Below are positions 19,780 to 28,052 of a DNA stretch of 64,000 bases, piece by piece; the first letter of the stretch is position 1, and the number at the start of each line of letters is the position of its first letter. The position numbers and the translations under genes are program-made. The DNA lies in the NCBI GenBank assembly GCA_963828195.1, contig CAWHDT010000005.1, forward strand, positions 480,001 through 544,000, read 5' to 3'. The notes under the pieces are model-generated. The model worked only from the letters and a program-made list of their open reading frames with translations. It was not told the origin of the DNA and ran no database searches. Origin of the DNA: Candidatus Bathyarchaeota archaeon (GTDB lineage Archaea; Thermoproteota; Bathyarchaeia; Bathyarchaeales; Bathycorpusculaceae).

Positions 19780-20184
19780 TTAGAGCCATTTTGTTTTGGT
19801 TTCTTTTATTTGCCTGATGTGTCTGTCGTCAGTTAAGATGTAGTCGCTGGACGATGCGATTGCCGTTGCCGCTATGATGGCGTCGGCTGTGGGCAGCTCA
19901 GCGTATTTGCAGCGGAGTTTTGCAGCTTTAATTGCGATGGGCACATCAAGACAGGATAGTTTAAGGTCTAATTTGAGTAGAGAGCTGACTCTTGATTCGG
20001 CCACGGCTTTTCCAAGATTTTGAAGCTGGAACTTGTAAAATTCATGTATTACTATTGATGGAACAACACCTAAATTTTCTTTTCTTTGAAGAGTTTCAAA
20101 GGTTACTCTTAACCATTTTTTGAATTGCTCGTCAGGTGTTGCCAAACTTTCGATAAGAAGCCGCGTGTCAATAACAGCTTTCAT
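19780..20184 (-). CDS. vapC: PIN-domain VapC toxin
   Basis: VIDT..HE..ADAIIAATA..LTDDRH motifs. Confidence 0.9.
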   Translation of the reverse strand: MKAVIDTRLLIESLATPDEQFKKWLRVTFETLQRKENLGVVPSIVIHEFYKFQLQNLGKAVAESRVSSLLKLDLKLSCLDVPIAIKAAKLRCKYAELPTADAIIAATAIASSSDYILTDDRHIRQIKETKTKWL

Positions 20185-20411
20185 CAGTATCTGTCTTCTG
20201 AACGCATTTTATCAAGCTGTTCCATGGCTTTTTTTAAATCTATTTTTCCAGCATCTACACCGATAAGGTCTTCAAACCTGGGCACAACTGAGAACTTTGC
20301 CTTCGCCCGAGTACTGCACAGTCATTTTCACGCCCTGTTTTATGCCGTATTTGCGTCTGAGGGCGACGGGAATTGTGATTTGCCCTTTGCGGGTTACAAG
20401 CACTTATCCAT
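20184..20411 (-). pseudogene. vapB: AbrB/MazE antitoxin with two apparent frameshifts
   Basis: Manual translation gives VLVTRKGQITIPVALRRKYGIKQG, then VPRFEDLIG..LDKMRSEDRY* in another frame. Stop overlaps the vapC ATG. Confidence 0.75.
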
Positions 20412-20433
20412 GGTTCAACTTCAACCTTCAAGT

Positions 20434-20464
20434 AGAACAAAGTACAAGGGTACAACTTTGTTCT
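20434..20464. promoter_or_regulatory. Inverted repeat, probable TA autorepression operator
   Basis: AGAACAAAGT-N11-ACTTTGTTCT just upstream of the antitoxin start. Confidence 0.6.
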
Positions 20465-20503
20465 TTTGGCGGGAAAAAAAGGATGTGCCACGCGACCGCT
20501 TTG

Positions 20504-21880
20504 CTATTTGAGGAGCGTTTTTTCGTCTGGGGGCTGCTTGATTAAGCCGTGCTTCATAAGCAGCTCAGTTGATTGCCTCGCGTTTTGGATTATGGCTGTG
20601 GCTCGCTCAAAAAGTTCCTGTCTTGAAGGCTTTACCCTTGCGACGCCATCATCAATCGATTTAAGAGCGCATGCCACGGCTTCCCGCGGAAAAACTTCCC
20701 ACTCATCCATCCTCGGCAAAATATCCGTCTCACACATACCCCGCTCCTCAGCGTACCCCGCAAGCTCCAGCGCAGCAGCAATACACATGCCATCCGTCAC
20801 GCCTCGGGCTTTCACGTCCAGCACCCCCCTGAAAATCCCCGGGAACCCCAAGCTGTTGTTCACTTGGTTTGGGAAGTCGCTTCTGCCAGTAGCCACAATT
20901 TTAGCTCCTGCCTCTTCCGCATCCCACGGCCAAATCTCAGGAATAGGGTTGGCGCACGCAAAGATTATCGCGTCGTTAGCCATCGTTTTAATCCATTCTT
21001 TCTTGATAGTGCCTGGACCCGACTTGGAAGCAGCCACAACCGCATCCACCCCTTTGAATGCCTCGGCTATGTCGCCGGTTCTGCCTTCGCCGTTGGTTTT
21101 CTGTGTTACATCAAACTTCCATCGGTCATCTTCCTTGACGATGTCCACTCTGCCCCTGTGAACGACGCCTTTGCTGTCAGCAAGAATAATGTTGCCAGGC
21201 TTGACTCCCCACTGCATAAGCACATACGCCGTGCGGATGTTTGCCGCTCCCGAACCCACCAGCGTGATCAAGCTGTCTTGCGGTTTTTTCCCGACGATTT
21301 TAAAAGAGTTAATTAGCCCAGCCAAAATCACGGTGGCTGTTCCCTGCTGGTCATCATGCCAAACAGGAATTTTGAGTTGCGCACAAGATTTCTCCAGAAC
21401 CTCAAAGCACTTCGGCTTCTCAATATCCTCAAGATTAATGCCGCCAAACGACGGCTCCAAAGCGCTGCAAATACGAACTATTTCATCTGGGTCTTTGGTT
21501 CTTAAGCAAATTGGAAACGCATCCACCCCGCCTAAATACTTGAACAAAAGCGCTTTCCCCTCCATCACGGGCAAAGCCGCTTCAGGACCAATATCGCCGA
21601 GTCCCAAAACGCGGGTGCCATCCGAAACCACCGCCACCGAATTCCAGCGATTAGTGAGTTCGAAGGATTTGTCGGGGTCAGCTTGGATTTCCCTGCATGG
21701 CGCCGCAACGCCCGGAGTGTACCAGATGGCGAAGTCGTCAACGCTTCGAATCGCGCATTTGGGAATAACCTGCATTTTACCTTCATAGAACCTGTGCATC
21801 GGCGGGGATAGTTGCGCGGGTTTCTTGGCTTTTGCTAGCAGTTCATCCACGGTTGGTTTAGGCTTATCTGACGAATCCAA
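20504..21880 (-). CDS. mae: NAD(P)-dependent malic enzyme
   Basis: YTPGVA, DGTRVLGLGDIG, MEGK, INLEDI, HDDQQGT, ANP.PEI and TGRSDFPNQVNN motifs. Confidence 0.95.
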   Translation of the reverse strand: MDSSDKPKPTVDELLAKAKKPAQLSPPMHRFYEGKMQVIPKCAIRSVDDFAIWYTPGVAAPCREIQADPDKSFELTNRWNSVAVVSDGTRVLGLGDIGPEAALPVMEGKALLFKYLGGVDAFPICLRTKDPDEIVRICSALEPSFGGINLEDIEKPKCFEVLEKSCAQLKIPVWHDDQQGTATVILAGLINSFKIVGKKPQDSLITLVGSGAANIRTAYVLMQWGVKPGNIILADSKGVVHRGRVDIVKEDDRWKFDVTQKTNGEGRTGDIAEAFKGVDAVVAASKSGPGTIKKEWIKTMANDAIIFACANPIPEIWPWDAEEAGAKIVATGRSDFPNQVNNSLGFPGIFRGVLDVKARGVTDGMCIAAALELAGYAEERGMCETDILPRMDEWEVFPREAVACALKSIDDGVARVKPSRQELFERATAIIQNARQSTELLMKHGLIKQPPDEKTLLK

Positions 21881-21986
21881 AACATATTTCTCCTGTTCAA
21901 CCGCCTAAATACGAGCGGATGGTTTTAAGCGTTCCGCAGATCAAAATATCAGCACAAAATGAAGGTGGAATAAGCAGTAAGTATTT

Positions 21987-22012
21987 AAGTGTAATTTTCT
22001 ACTTTTACACTT
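21987..22012. promoter_or_regulatory. Inverted repeat in TA promoter (probable operator)
   Basis: AAGTGTAA-N10-TTACACTT between the TATA-like TATTTAAG and the antitoxin ATG at 22022. Confidence 0.6.
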
Positions 22013-22021
22013 TGATTCTAA

Positions 22022-22303
22022 ATGACTGTAAGCATAAAAATAGACGATTTAAAAAAACAAAAACTCGATCGTTTCCTAGCTCAGCTGCTACTAACGGAAG
22101 GCAAAAAAGTAACGCTTCAGGAAGCAGTAGGGCTTATGATTGACCATGCACTGGAAAACCAGGATGAATTCATTCAAAACCTAAAAGACTTACCACCACT
22201 TGAAGATGATCCAATCTGGAAAATGATGGAAAATGCAAAACATTTAGGTATTAAAGACTTATCGACAAATATTGATGAATATCTCTACGGAAGCCAAACT
22301 TGA
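22022..22303 (+). CDS. Putative antitoxin (RHH-like N-terminus)
   Basis: Coupled to the downstream PIN gene. C-terminal DLSTNIDEYLYG is typical of archaeal VapB. Confidence 0.75.
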   Translation: MTVSIKIDDLKKQKLDRFLAQLLLTEGKKVTLQEAVGLMIDHALENQDEFIQNLKDLPPLEDDPIWKMMENAKHLGIKDLSTNIDEYLYGSQT

Positions 22304-22710
22304 TGGCGATTTTTATCGATACAGGAGTCTTCCTTGCTCTTTATAATGTTGACGATCATTATCACCAAAAAAGCAAAGAATTGATCAAAAACGCCTTAAC
22401 GGGAAATCTCGGAAGATTGTATACCTCAGATTACATAATAGATGAGGCTATAACAACCCTATTGGCAAGAACGAGACAACACAAGATAGCGGTAGAGCTA
22501 GGAAAATACCTGATTGAATCACCAAGAATAACAAAGCTAACCGTAGACCAGGACGCATTTATCGTTGCATGGTCAAAATTCAAGAGTATGGAAGACAAAG
22601 GTCTAAGCTTCACAGATTGCACCTCCATAGCGCTAACAGAGAAACATGGGATAAAACAGATAATGAGCTTCGATTGCGGGTTCGACGGCTTAACCCAAAG
22701 AATATGCTAA
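22300..22710 (+). CDS. vapC: PIN-domain VapC toxin
   Basis: IFIDTG..DE..LSFTDC..SFD.GFD motifs. Confidence 0.92.
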   Translation: MMAIFIDTGVFLALYNVDDHYHQKSKELIKNALTGNLGRLYTSDYIIDEAITTLLARTRQHKIAVELGKYLIESPRITKLTVDQDAFIVAWSKFKSMEDKGLSFTDCTSIALTEKHGIKQIMSFDCGFDGLTQRIC

Positions 22711-22885
22711 CCCGACATCGCTCTCAAGCCTTACTTATGGAATTTCTTGGATAGAACTCAGTTTACTTAAGATGGTACCCGTGAACCTTCTGTGGGGTTC
22801 AAATTCTATCGGTGAAAAATTAAATCAGAATATTTAAGAACACTTGTACACACAGTTTTTTTAGAACTTGTTAGGATGTTTTGTG

Positions 22886-23479
22886 ATGCCTGAAAATAAG
22901 ACGGAAAAGAGTTTAAAAAACAAGGTTGACCTGGGAGCGAAGGGTGCCTCGTACCCGATGCCTGTGACTTTAGTCGGGGCGACTGTTAAGGGGAAACCGA
23001 ATTTCTTGGCGGCTGCGTGGTTTACGTTTGCTGGATTGAATCCGCCCAAAGTGGCTGTCGCACTCAACAAAGCACATTATACTAATCAAGGCATAAAAGA
23101 CAACAAAACCTTCAGCCTCTGCATACCCTCCGAGGACATGGTGAAAGCCACGGATTACTGCGGAATAACTTCGGGATTTAAAGCAGACAAGTCAAGTGTT
23201 TTCGACGTATTCTACGGCAAACTAAAAACCGCCCCAATGATAACAGAGTGCCCCGTCTGCCTTGAATGCAGCCTCGACAAAGTTGTCGATAACGGCTCAC
23301 ATGAACTGTTCATTGGAGAAGTCATATCCACTTTCACAGAGCAAAAATACTTGACAGATGGAACCCTCGACACCAAAAAAATGAAGCCAATCATTCTATC
23401 ATTGAGCGACAGGCTTTACTACGGATTGGGTGAGGCGAAGGGAAAGGCGTGGGAAGCGGGCAAAAACTACAAGCCGTAA
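22886..23479 (+). CDS. Flavin reductase family protein (flavoredoxin-like)
   Basis: YPMPVTLV, DYCGITSG..DK, ECPVCLEC and HELFIGEV motifs. Confidence 0.88.
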   Translation: MPENKTEKSLKNKVDLGAKGASYPMPVTLVGATVKGKPNFLAAAWFTFAGLNPPKVAVALNKAHYTNQGIKDNKTFSLCIPSEDMVKATDYCGITSGFKADKSSVFDVFYGKLKTAPMITECPVCLECSLDKVVDNGSHELFIGEVISTFTEQKYLTDGTLDTKKMKPIILSLSDRLYYGLGEAKGKAWEAGKNYKP

Positions 23480-23701
23480 ATTAAGTCCAATTGTGTGCAA
23501 GTATGTGCACTTTTTTTCTCCAGGGAGATAATTATGAATTGCCTGAAACTCTATAGGCCCTGAAATGATGGGTTGTAATATTTTGCTCAAAATTGTGAGT
23601 AAATCGTTTAACAAAACACTTAAAACCAAGCGGTAATAATAATTAATTTGTGTGGTGCGTCATGAAAGGCGCGAGCGCTTTTTTAGAAAAAATATTGAGG
23701 A

Positions 23702-24832
23702 ATGTTTATGAACGTTAAAGTTTGGAAGATTTTAGGTTTATTAGCCATTGTAATTTTTGTTTTGTCAGCAGCAAACACAGCACATGCCATTGGAGTAACT
23801 GCCTCGATAAGCGTAGGGTCCGGTCCTTGGGGCATAGCGTATGATTCTGGTACAGGCCAAGTATTCGTGGGTGTTTCTGGCGCCAACTCTGTTTCAGTCA
23901 TATCAGCCAGCAACAACGCCATTGTCACGTCAGTGGCGGTGGAGGAGTCACCTACTACATTAGCTTATGATTCGGGTAAAGGAGAGGTATTTGTTTCTAA
24001 CTCTGGATCGGACACCGTGTCAGTTATATCGGATAGCTCAGACGCCGTGGTTAAAACCGTGTCTGTGGGAAGCGCCCCAGGAGGATTAACATACGACTCA
24101 ACCAAAGGCGAGGTCTTCGTGGCCAATTCTGGAGGTCACACCGTCTCAGTCATATCAGACACAACCAACGCCGTTGTGGATACCGTTACTGTGGGAACAA
24201 ACCCTTTTGACTCAACTTATGATTCTGCCAAAGGAGAGATTTTCGTATCTAATTACGCATCGGGCACAGTCTCAGTGGTATCGGACAGCACTGACAACGT
24301 TGTTGCAACAGTTACAGTGGGGGCACACCCCTTGGAGTTAGCATATGACTCTTCAAAAGGAGAGGTCTTTGTGGTCAATTCTGCCAGCGACACAGTCTCA
24401 GTCATATCAGACAGCAGCAACAAAGTCGTCGCAACCATACCAGTGGGAGATAATCCTTCAGCCATAGCTTATGATTCTGGCAAAAGCGAATTATTTGTGA
24501 ATAGTAGAGACACAGCATCTGTCTCAGTCATATCAGCTAGCACTAACAAAGTAGTGTCAACCGTCACTGTGGGAAACGACCCCTACGGCGTAGCGTATGA
24601 CTCCAGCAAAGGCGAGCTCTTCGTAACCAATTTTGACGATAGCACAATCTCAGTCATATCAGACTCCACAAGCACCTCCACGTCGCCAAGCCCAACCACA
24701 TCTACAGCCCCCAGCCCAACAATACCAGAGTTCAGCAGTGCAGCACTCATTTTAGTGGTGGTAGCCGTTGTGTTAGTAACTTCGGTTGCATTGGCAGTGA
24801 AAAAACAGAAAAAATCGACGAATCAGCTCTAA
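23702..24832 (+). CDS. Cell-surface YVTN beta-propeller protein with PEF-CTERM-like anchor
   Basis: Signal peptide, seven ~42-aa repeats (VG..P..AYDS.KGE.FV.N..S.TVSVIS), a Ser/Thr/Pro linker, then IPEF, a TM helix and a basic tail. Confidence 0.9.
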   Translation: MFMNVKVWKILGLLAIVIFVLSAANTAHAIGVTASISVGSGPWGIAYDSGTGQVFVGVSGANSVSVISASNNAIVTSVAVEESPTTLAYDSGKGEVFVSNSGSDTVSVISDSSDAVVKTVSVGSAPGGLTYDSTKGEVFVANSGGHTVSVISDTTNAVVDTVTVGTNPFDSTYDSAKGEIFVSNYASGTVSVVSDSTDNVVATVTVGAHPLELAYDSSKGEVFVVNSASDTVSVISDSSNKVVATIPVGDNPSAIAYDSGKSELFVNSRDTASVSVISASTNKVVSTVTVGNDPYGVAYDSSKGELFVTNFDDSTISVISDSTSTSTSPSPTTSTAPSPTIPEFSSAALILVVVAVVLVTSVALAVKKQKKSTNQL

Positions 24833-24925
24833 TTGCGCTGGTGCGTCGCCAATTTAACTTTTTTTTTAATTTCTGCTCGTTTTTTTCAAGTAAAGCTGGC
24901 ATGCTGTAAAGTTTGTACTTTGTTT

Positions 24926-25276
24926 TTACCAATCAGATTTTCTCTTCCAAATGTTAAATGTACATTGACCCCAACAGTAAGAACCCGCCTTGTATTGACA
25001 GCCATTACAGCTGGCGCCAGTAAATTTAGGCACCGACACCTGCGTTGAATGAACACGAACAAAAACCTTCTTCGGCTCCACAGTTTGATTCACAGACACA
25101 CCCTCCTTTAGAAACTTCAAACGCAGCGGACATTTTTCATAGATTAACGGATCAGAAAAAATAGATGCAGGACAAGTCTGCCCCCCACATTCACGAACAC
25201 TCACCTCAAACTCCCCAAAACCGCCCTCAACCTTAGCATACTCACAACAAACCACTTTCACGTTTCTCCCAACCAC
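24926..25276 (-). CDS. Small Cys-rich hypothetical protein
   Basis: ORF with several Cys clusters (CC, CxxxxC, CNGC..YC..QC). Confidence 0.5.
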   Translation of the reverse strand: MVGRNVKVVCCEYAKVEGGFGEFEVSVRECGGQTCPASIFSDPLIYEKCPLRLKFLKEGVSVNQTVEPKKVFVRVHSTQVSVPKFTGASCNGCQYKAGSYCWGQCTFNIWKRKSDW

Positions 25277-25330
25277 ACACTACACAAACAAGTATAAAAC
25301 ATAAACAAACCTCGTTTAATTATTATTTTT

Positions 25331-25365
25331 GGAAATAATGAAGTACCTTGACCACTAAGTTAAGG
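25331..25365 (+). repeat. Duplicated 3' end of the first glnA
   Basis: 32/35 identity to 12425-12459, including the glnA stop codon. Confidence 0.8.
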
Positions 25366-25592
25366 AATTTCAAACCAAAGGCCCCGTCTGTAAAGTTTGG
25401 TATTACCTTATACTTTTCTTTTTCTATCTTAGTTCATCTAAAATAGAGGAACTTACGCTTCTATATATGTCCACACTCGGTCAGTTGATGTCTATTTAAA
25501 TTTGCTAGTAATAGAATGCAAAGTTGTCCAAGATTATTTATATTGAGATTTAACTATTAGTTAAGCGTGAGCAAATCAAGGTTTGATTAACG

Positions 25593-26648
25593 ATGCCAAT
25601 TCAAAATCTCACGATAAGAAATTTCAAATCAATAAAGAACATGGAGCTGAACTGCAAAAGAATCAACATATTTATTGGAGAACCAAACACAGGAAAATCA
25701 AACATCTTGGAAGCAATCGGTCTGCTATCACATGCAGAATACGGACATCTGAGCAGTTTTGTGCGATTTGAAAGTTTGTTAGACATATTTTACGACAGGA
25801 GCCTAAGTGACCCTATCAGTATAATATTTGACGAGAATGCTTTAACAATAGAATTTAAGGACGGATGTTTTGTAGGAAATTTTCTTAATTCGTTGCAAAC
25901 GCCAGGAGCTCATCCCGTTAAACAAAATATCCATATTTTTAATTATGATTATTCCGGAAACCCACGTCCAAATTTAAGTTCACCAGGGCAAATACAATGG
26001 CATATGCTTAATGGAGAACGCAAGAAAGTTCTGGCACAGTTCAAGTATTATCGTTTCAGCAGAAAAGAGTCTTTTGTCAACCAAAGTTCTGATTTTCTCT
26101 TGCCTCCTCAAGGAGACAACTTGTTGCATATTATCTTAACCAAAAAAGACCTGAGAGGCGTAATTTCAACATTATTTAAAAAATATGGATACCGAATTGT
26201 TTTCAAGCCCCCTGAAGGCAAAATTGAAGTTCAAAAAGAGCAAGAGGATGTAATTGTTTCAATTCCTTACGCTCTGTCCTCTGAAACTCTTCAAAGAATA
26301 ACCTTTTATCTTGCTGCCATTTACTCCAACAAGAATTCGATAATAAGCTTTGAAGAACCAGAAGCTCACGCTTTTCCATATTACATGAAGTATCTGGCAG
26401 AAAAAATTTCAATGGACAGAGTCAATAATCAATACTTTATTGCAACGCATAATCCCTATTTTCTGATGTCAATTATTGAGAAAACTCCAAAAGAGGACAT
26501 CGCAACTTTTGCAACCTATTTCGAAGAATACCAAACAAAAGTCAAACCACTCACTCAAGAAGAGACTGAAAATGCTTTGTCCATGGGAGCTGACTTGTTC
26601 TTTAACATTGACCAATTTCTAGGCAAGATTGAATGCGAAGGAAATTGA
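25593..26648 (+). CDS. ABC-type (AAA_15/AAA_21-like) ATPase of OLD/PARIS-type systems
   Basis: IRNFKSI, IGEPNTGKSNILEA, FEEPEAH and ATHNPY motifs. No TM partner. Confidence 0.85.
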   Translation: MPIQNLTIRNFKSIKNMELNCKRINIFIGEPNTGKSNILEAIGLLSHAEYGHLSSFVRFESLLDIFYDRSLSDPISIIFDENALTIEFKDGCFVGNFLNSLQTPGAHPVKQNIHIFNYDYSGNPRPNLSSPGQIQWHMLNGERKKVLAQFKYYRFSRKESFVNQSSDFLLPPQGDNLLHIILTKKDLRGVISTLFKKYGYRIVFKPPEGKIEVQKEQEDVIVSIPYALSSETLQRITFYLAAIYSNKNSIISFEEPEAHAFPYYMKYLAEKISMDRVNNQYFIATHNPYFLMSIIEKTPKEDIATFATYFEEYQTKVKPLTQEETENALSMGADLFFNIDQFLGKIECEGN

Positions 26649-26652
26649 TGCT

Positions 26653-27141
26653 ATGATATTTGTTGAATGCATACCAGACTACACGTTAGTATGCAAATTA
26701 AGGTCAAGCCCAACTAAGAAAGTTGAACATTCTTTCGGCAAAACATCGGTTCTCAACAAGCTCATTAGAAGAACGGGAGTTCCCAATTATGAAAACTCCA
26801 TCGGGATGATTGATGAAGACCCGCTTAGTAATCAGCCCAAAACAATCAGAAGTTTTGTTGAAAAAGCTCAGATTCCTGAATGTCAAATAAAAATACTCTA
26901 TTACGAATTTCTAAATAACCATATTTTGGTTTTAAGCCCCAGACTTGAAGAGTGGTTGATAGCTTCTGCGAATGAAGCGGGGATAAGCATGTCCGATTTT
27001 GAGTTACCCAACAATGCCGAGCAACTCCATCAAATAATAAACTTGAACGTTGACAAGTTAACTCTACTGATTGATGCTTTGCTGGAAAAGAGTAATAGAA
27101 TGAAGGAACTCAAGAAGTGTATCCTTGGACTGTATTTTTAA
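26653..27141 (+). CDS. Stand-alone TOPRIM-like protein (putative nuclease partner)
   Basis: IFVEC.PD..GK..GMIDED..LEEWL, a TOPRIM E...DxD arrangement. Starts just after the ATPase stop. Confidence 0.65.
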   Translation: MIFVECIPDYTLVCKLRSSPTKKVEHSFGKTSVLNKLIRRTGVPNYENSIGMIDEDPLSNQPKTIRSFVEKAQIPECQIKILYYEFLNNHILVLSPRLEEWLIASANEAGISMSDFELPNNAEQLHQIINLNVDKLTLLIDALLEKSNRMKELKKCILGLYF

Positions 27142-27259
27142 GTAATCTTAATTAAAAGATTCGAATACCAAGTTTTCCTTATCTACCGATTTAGCCCAAA
27201 GTTTTCTCGATAGAAACTAAAATTTTGGAAAACTTTAGCTTGAATAACAATGCTGATTT

Positions 27260-27376
27260 GTTAGTGACCTTTTAATCTGCTCGCTACCTGACCTAAAAAA
27301 GAGTAACGTGAATTTAACGAAGTCAAATGTTCAAAACCGCAGTGCGACAAGTTCAGGGCAATAAGTGGGTTAGCGC
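27260..27376 (+). repeat. Degenerate duplicate of the glyS promoter and first codons
   Basis: Aligns to 28001-28119 (ccttttaatctgctcgctac...acgaagtcaaatgttcaaaacc.cagtgcgacaagttca...gttagcgc). Confidence 0.85.
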
Positions 27377-27461
27377 TCTGGCTTATCTCGAAATAAAAAA
27401 AGTTTATTTTAAGATGGGTGCTCGTGTTTTTAAGTACGCTGGTGCTTAGGGTGCGTGTTGA

Positions 27462-27830
27462 TTAAGGTGTCTCTTCTTTCTTGCTTTCTTTCAGTTTGCT
27501 GATCTCCATATTTATGTGTTCTAGAACAGCCTCAAGTTTTTCTTTTTTGTGCTCCAGCATCTCCAGGACTTGTTCTTTGCTTGGTTGAATCATGGGTTTG
27601 CCGCATGCTGGGCACTGCATTCCGGGTCCAGAGCTCCAAGGCATGCTCATAGGCATTTGTCCGCCCATCATACCGTGGCCTCTCCATGGACTCATTCCGC
27701 CCCAGGGACCCATCCAGCCCATCCTGGGTCTCCACTCCTTTGCCGCAGTCATTAAATTTTCGTTCAGCTCAATTTCAATGGTTATCTTCGCTTTTCCACT
27801 TTTATCTTCACTCATCAAAATCACCTCCAT
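27462..27830 (-). CDS. Hypothetical protein: Gly/Met/Pro/Trp-rich segment, CPAC motif, C-terminal coiled coil
   Basis: ORF track. Probable start MSEDK after a GGAGGTGA SD. Confidence 0.7.
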   Translation of the reverse strand: MEVILMSEDKSGKAKITIEIELNENLMTAAKEWRPRMGWMGPWGGMSPWRGHGMMGGQMPMSMPWSSGPGMQCPACGKPMIQPSKEQVLEMLEHKKEKLEAVLEHINMEISKLKESKKEETP

Positions 27831-28052
27831 CTACGCGCGCTTTTCTGGAGTATTACCTATTTTTCAATCAAGTCAAGGTAATAATTAAATGTGATAGTGG
27901 GCTGTCCAGCAACATCGAAAGCAGACGGCGTTCTCGGCGTGTGCGCAATCACCAACCGACTTAAACACGCAAATTAGTCATAGACTTTGCAGCGTCATTG
28001 GTTAGTAACCTTTTAATCTGCTCGCTACAATAGGCTAAAAAGGTAACCTGAA

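Noticed and set aside
20466-21788. Long antisense ORFs over the malic enzyme (and similar ones over mgtA, pdxS, lig and EF-2)
   Set aside because: Shadow frames of well-supported genes on the opposite strand.
22791-22812. ggggttcaaattct after a TA pair, and ttcgaatcc at ~43187, as further tRNA remnants
   Set aside because: Too short and degenerate to distinguish from chance.
23810-24665. ~126-bp tandem DNA repeats
   Set aside because: Explained by the YVTN beta-propeller blades of the encoded protein.
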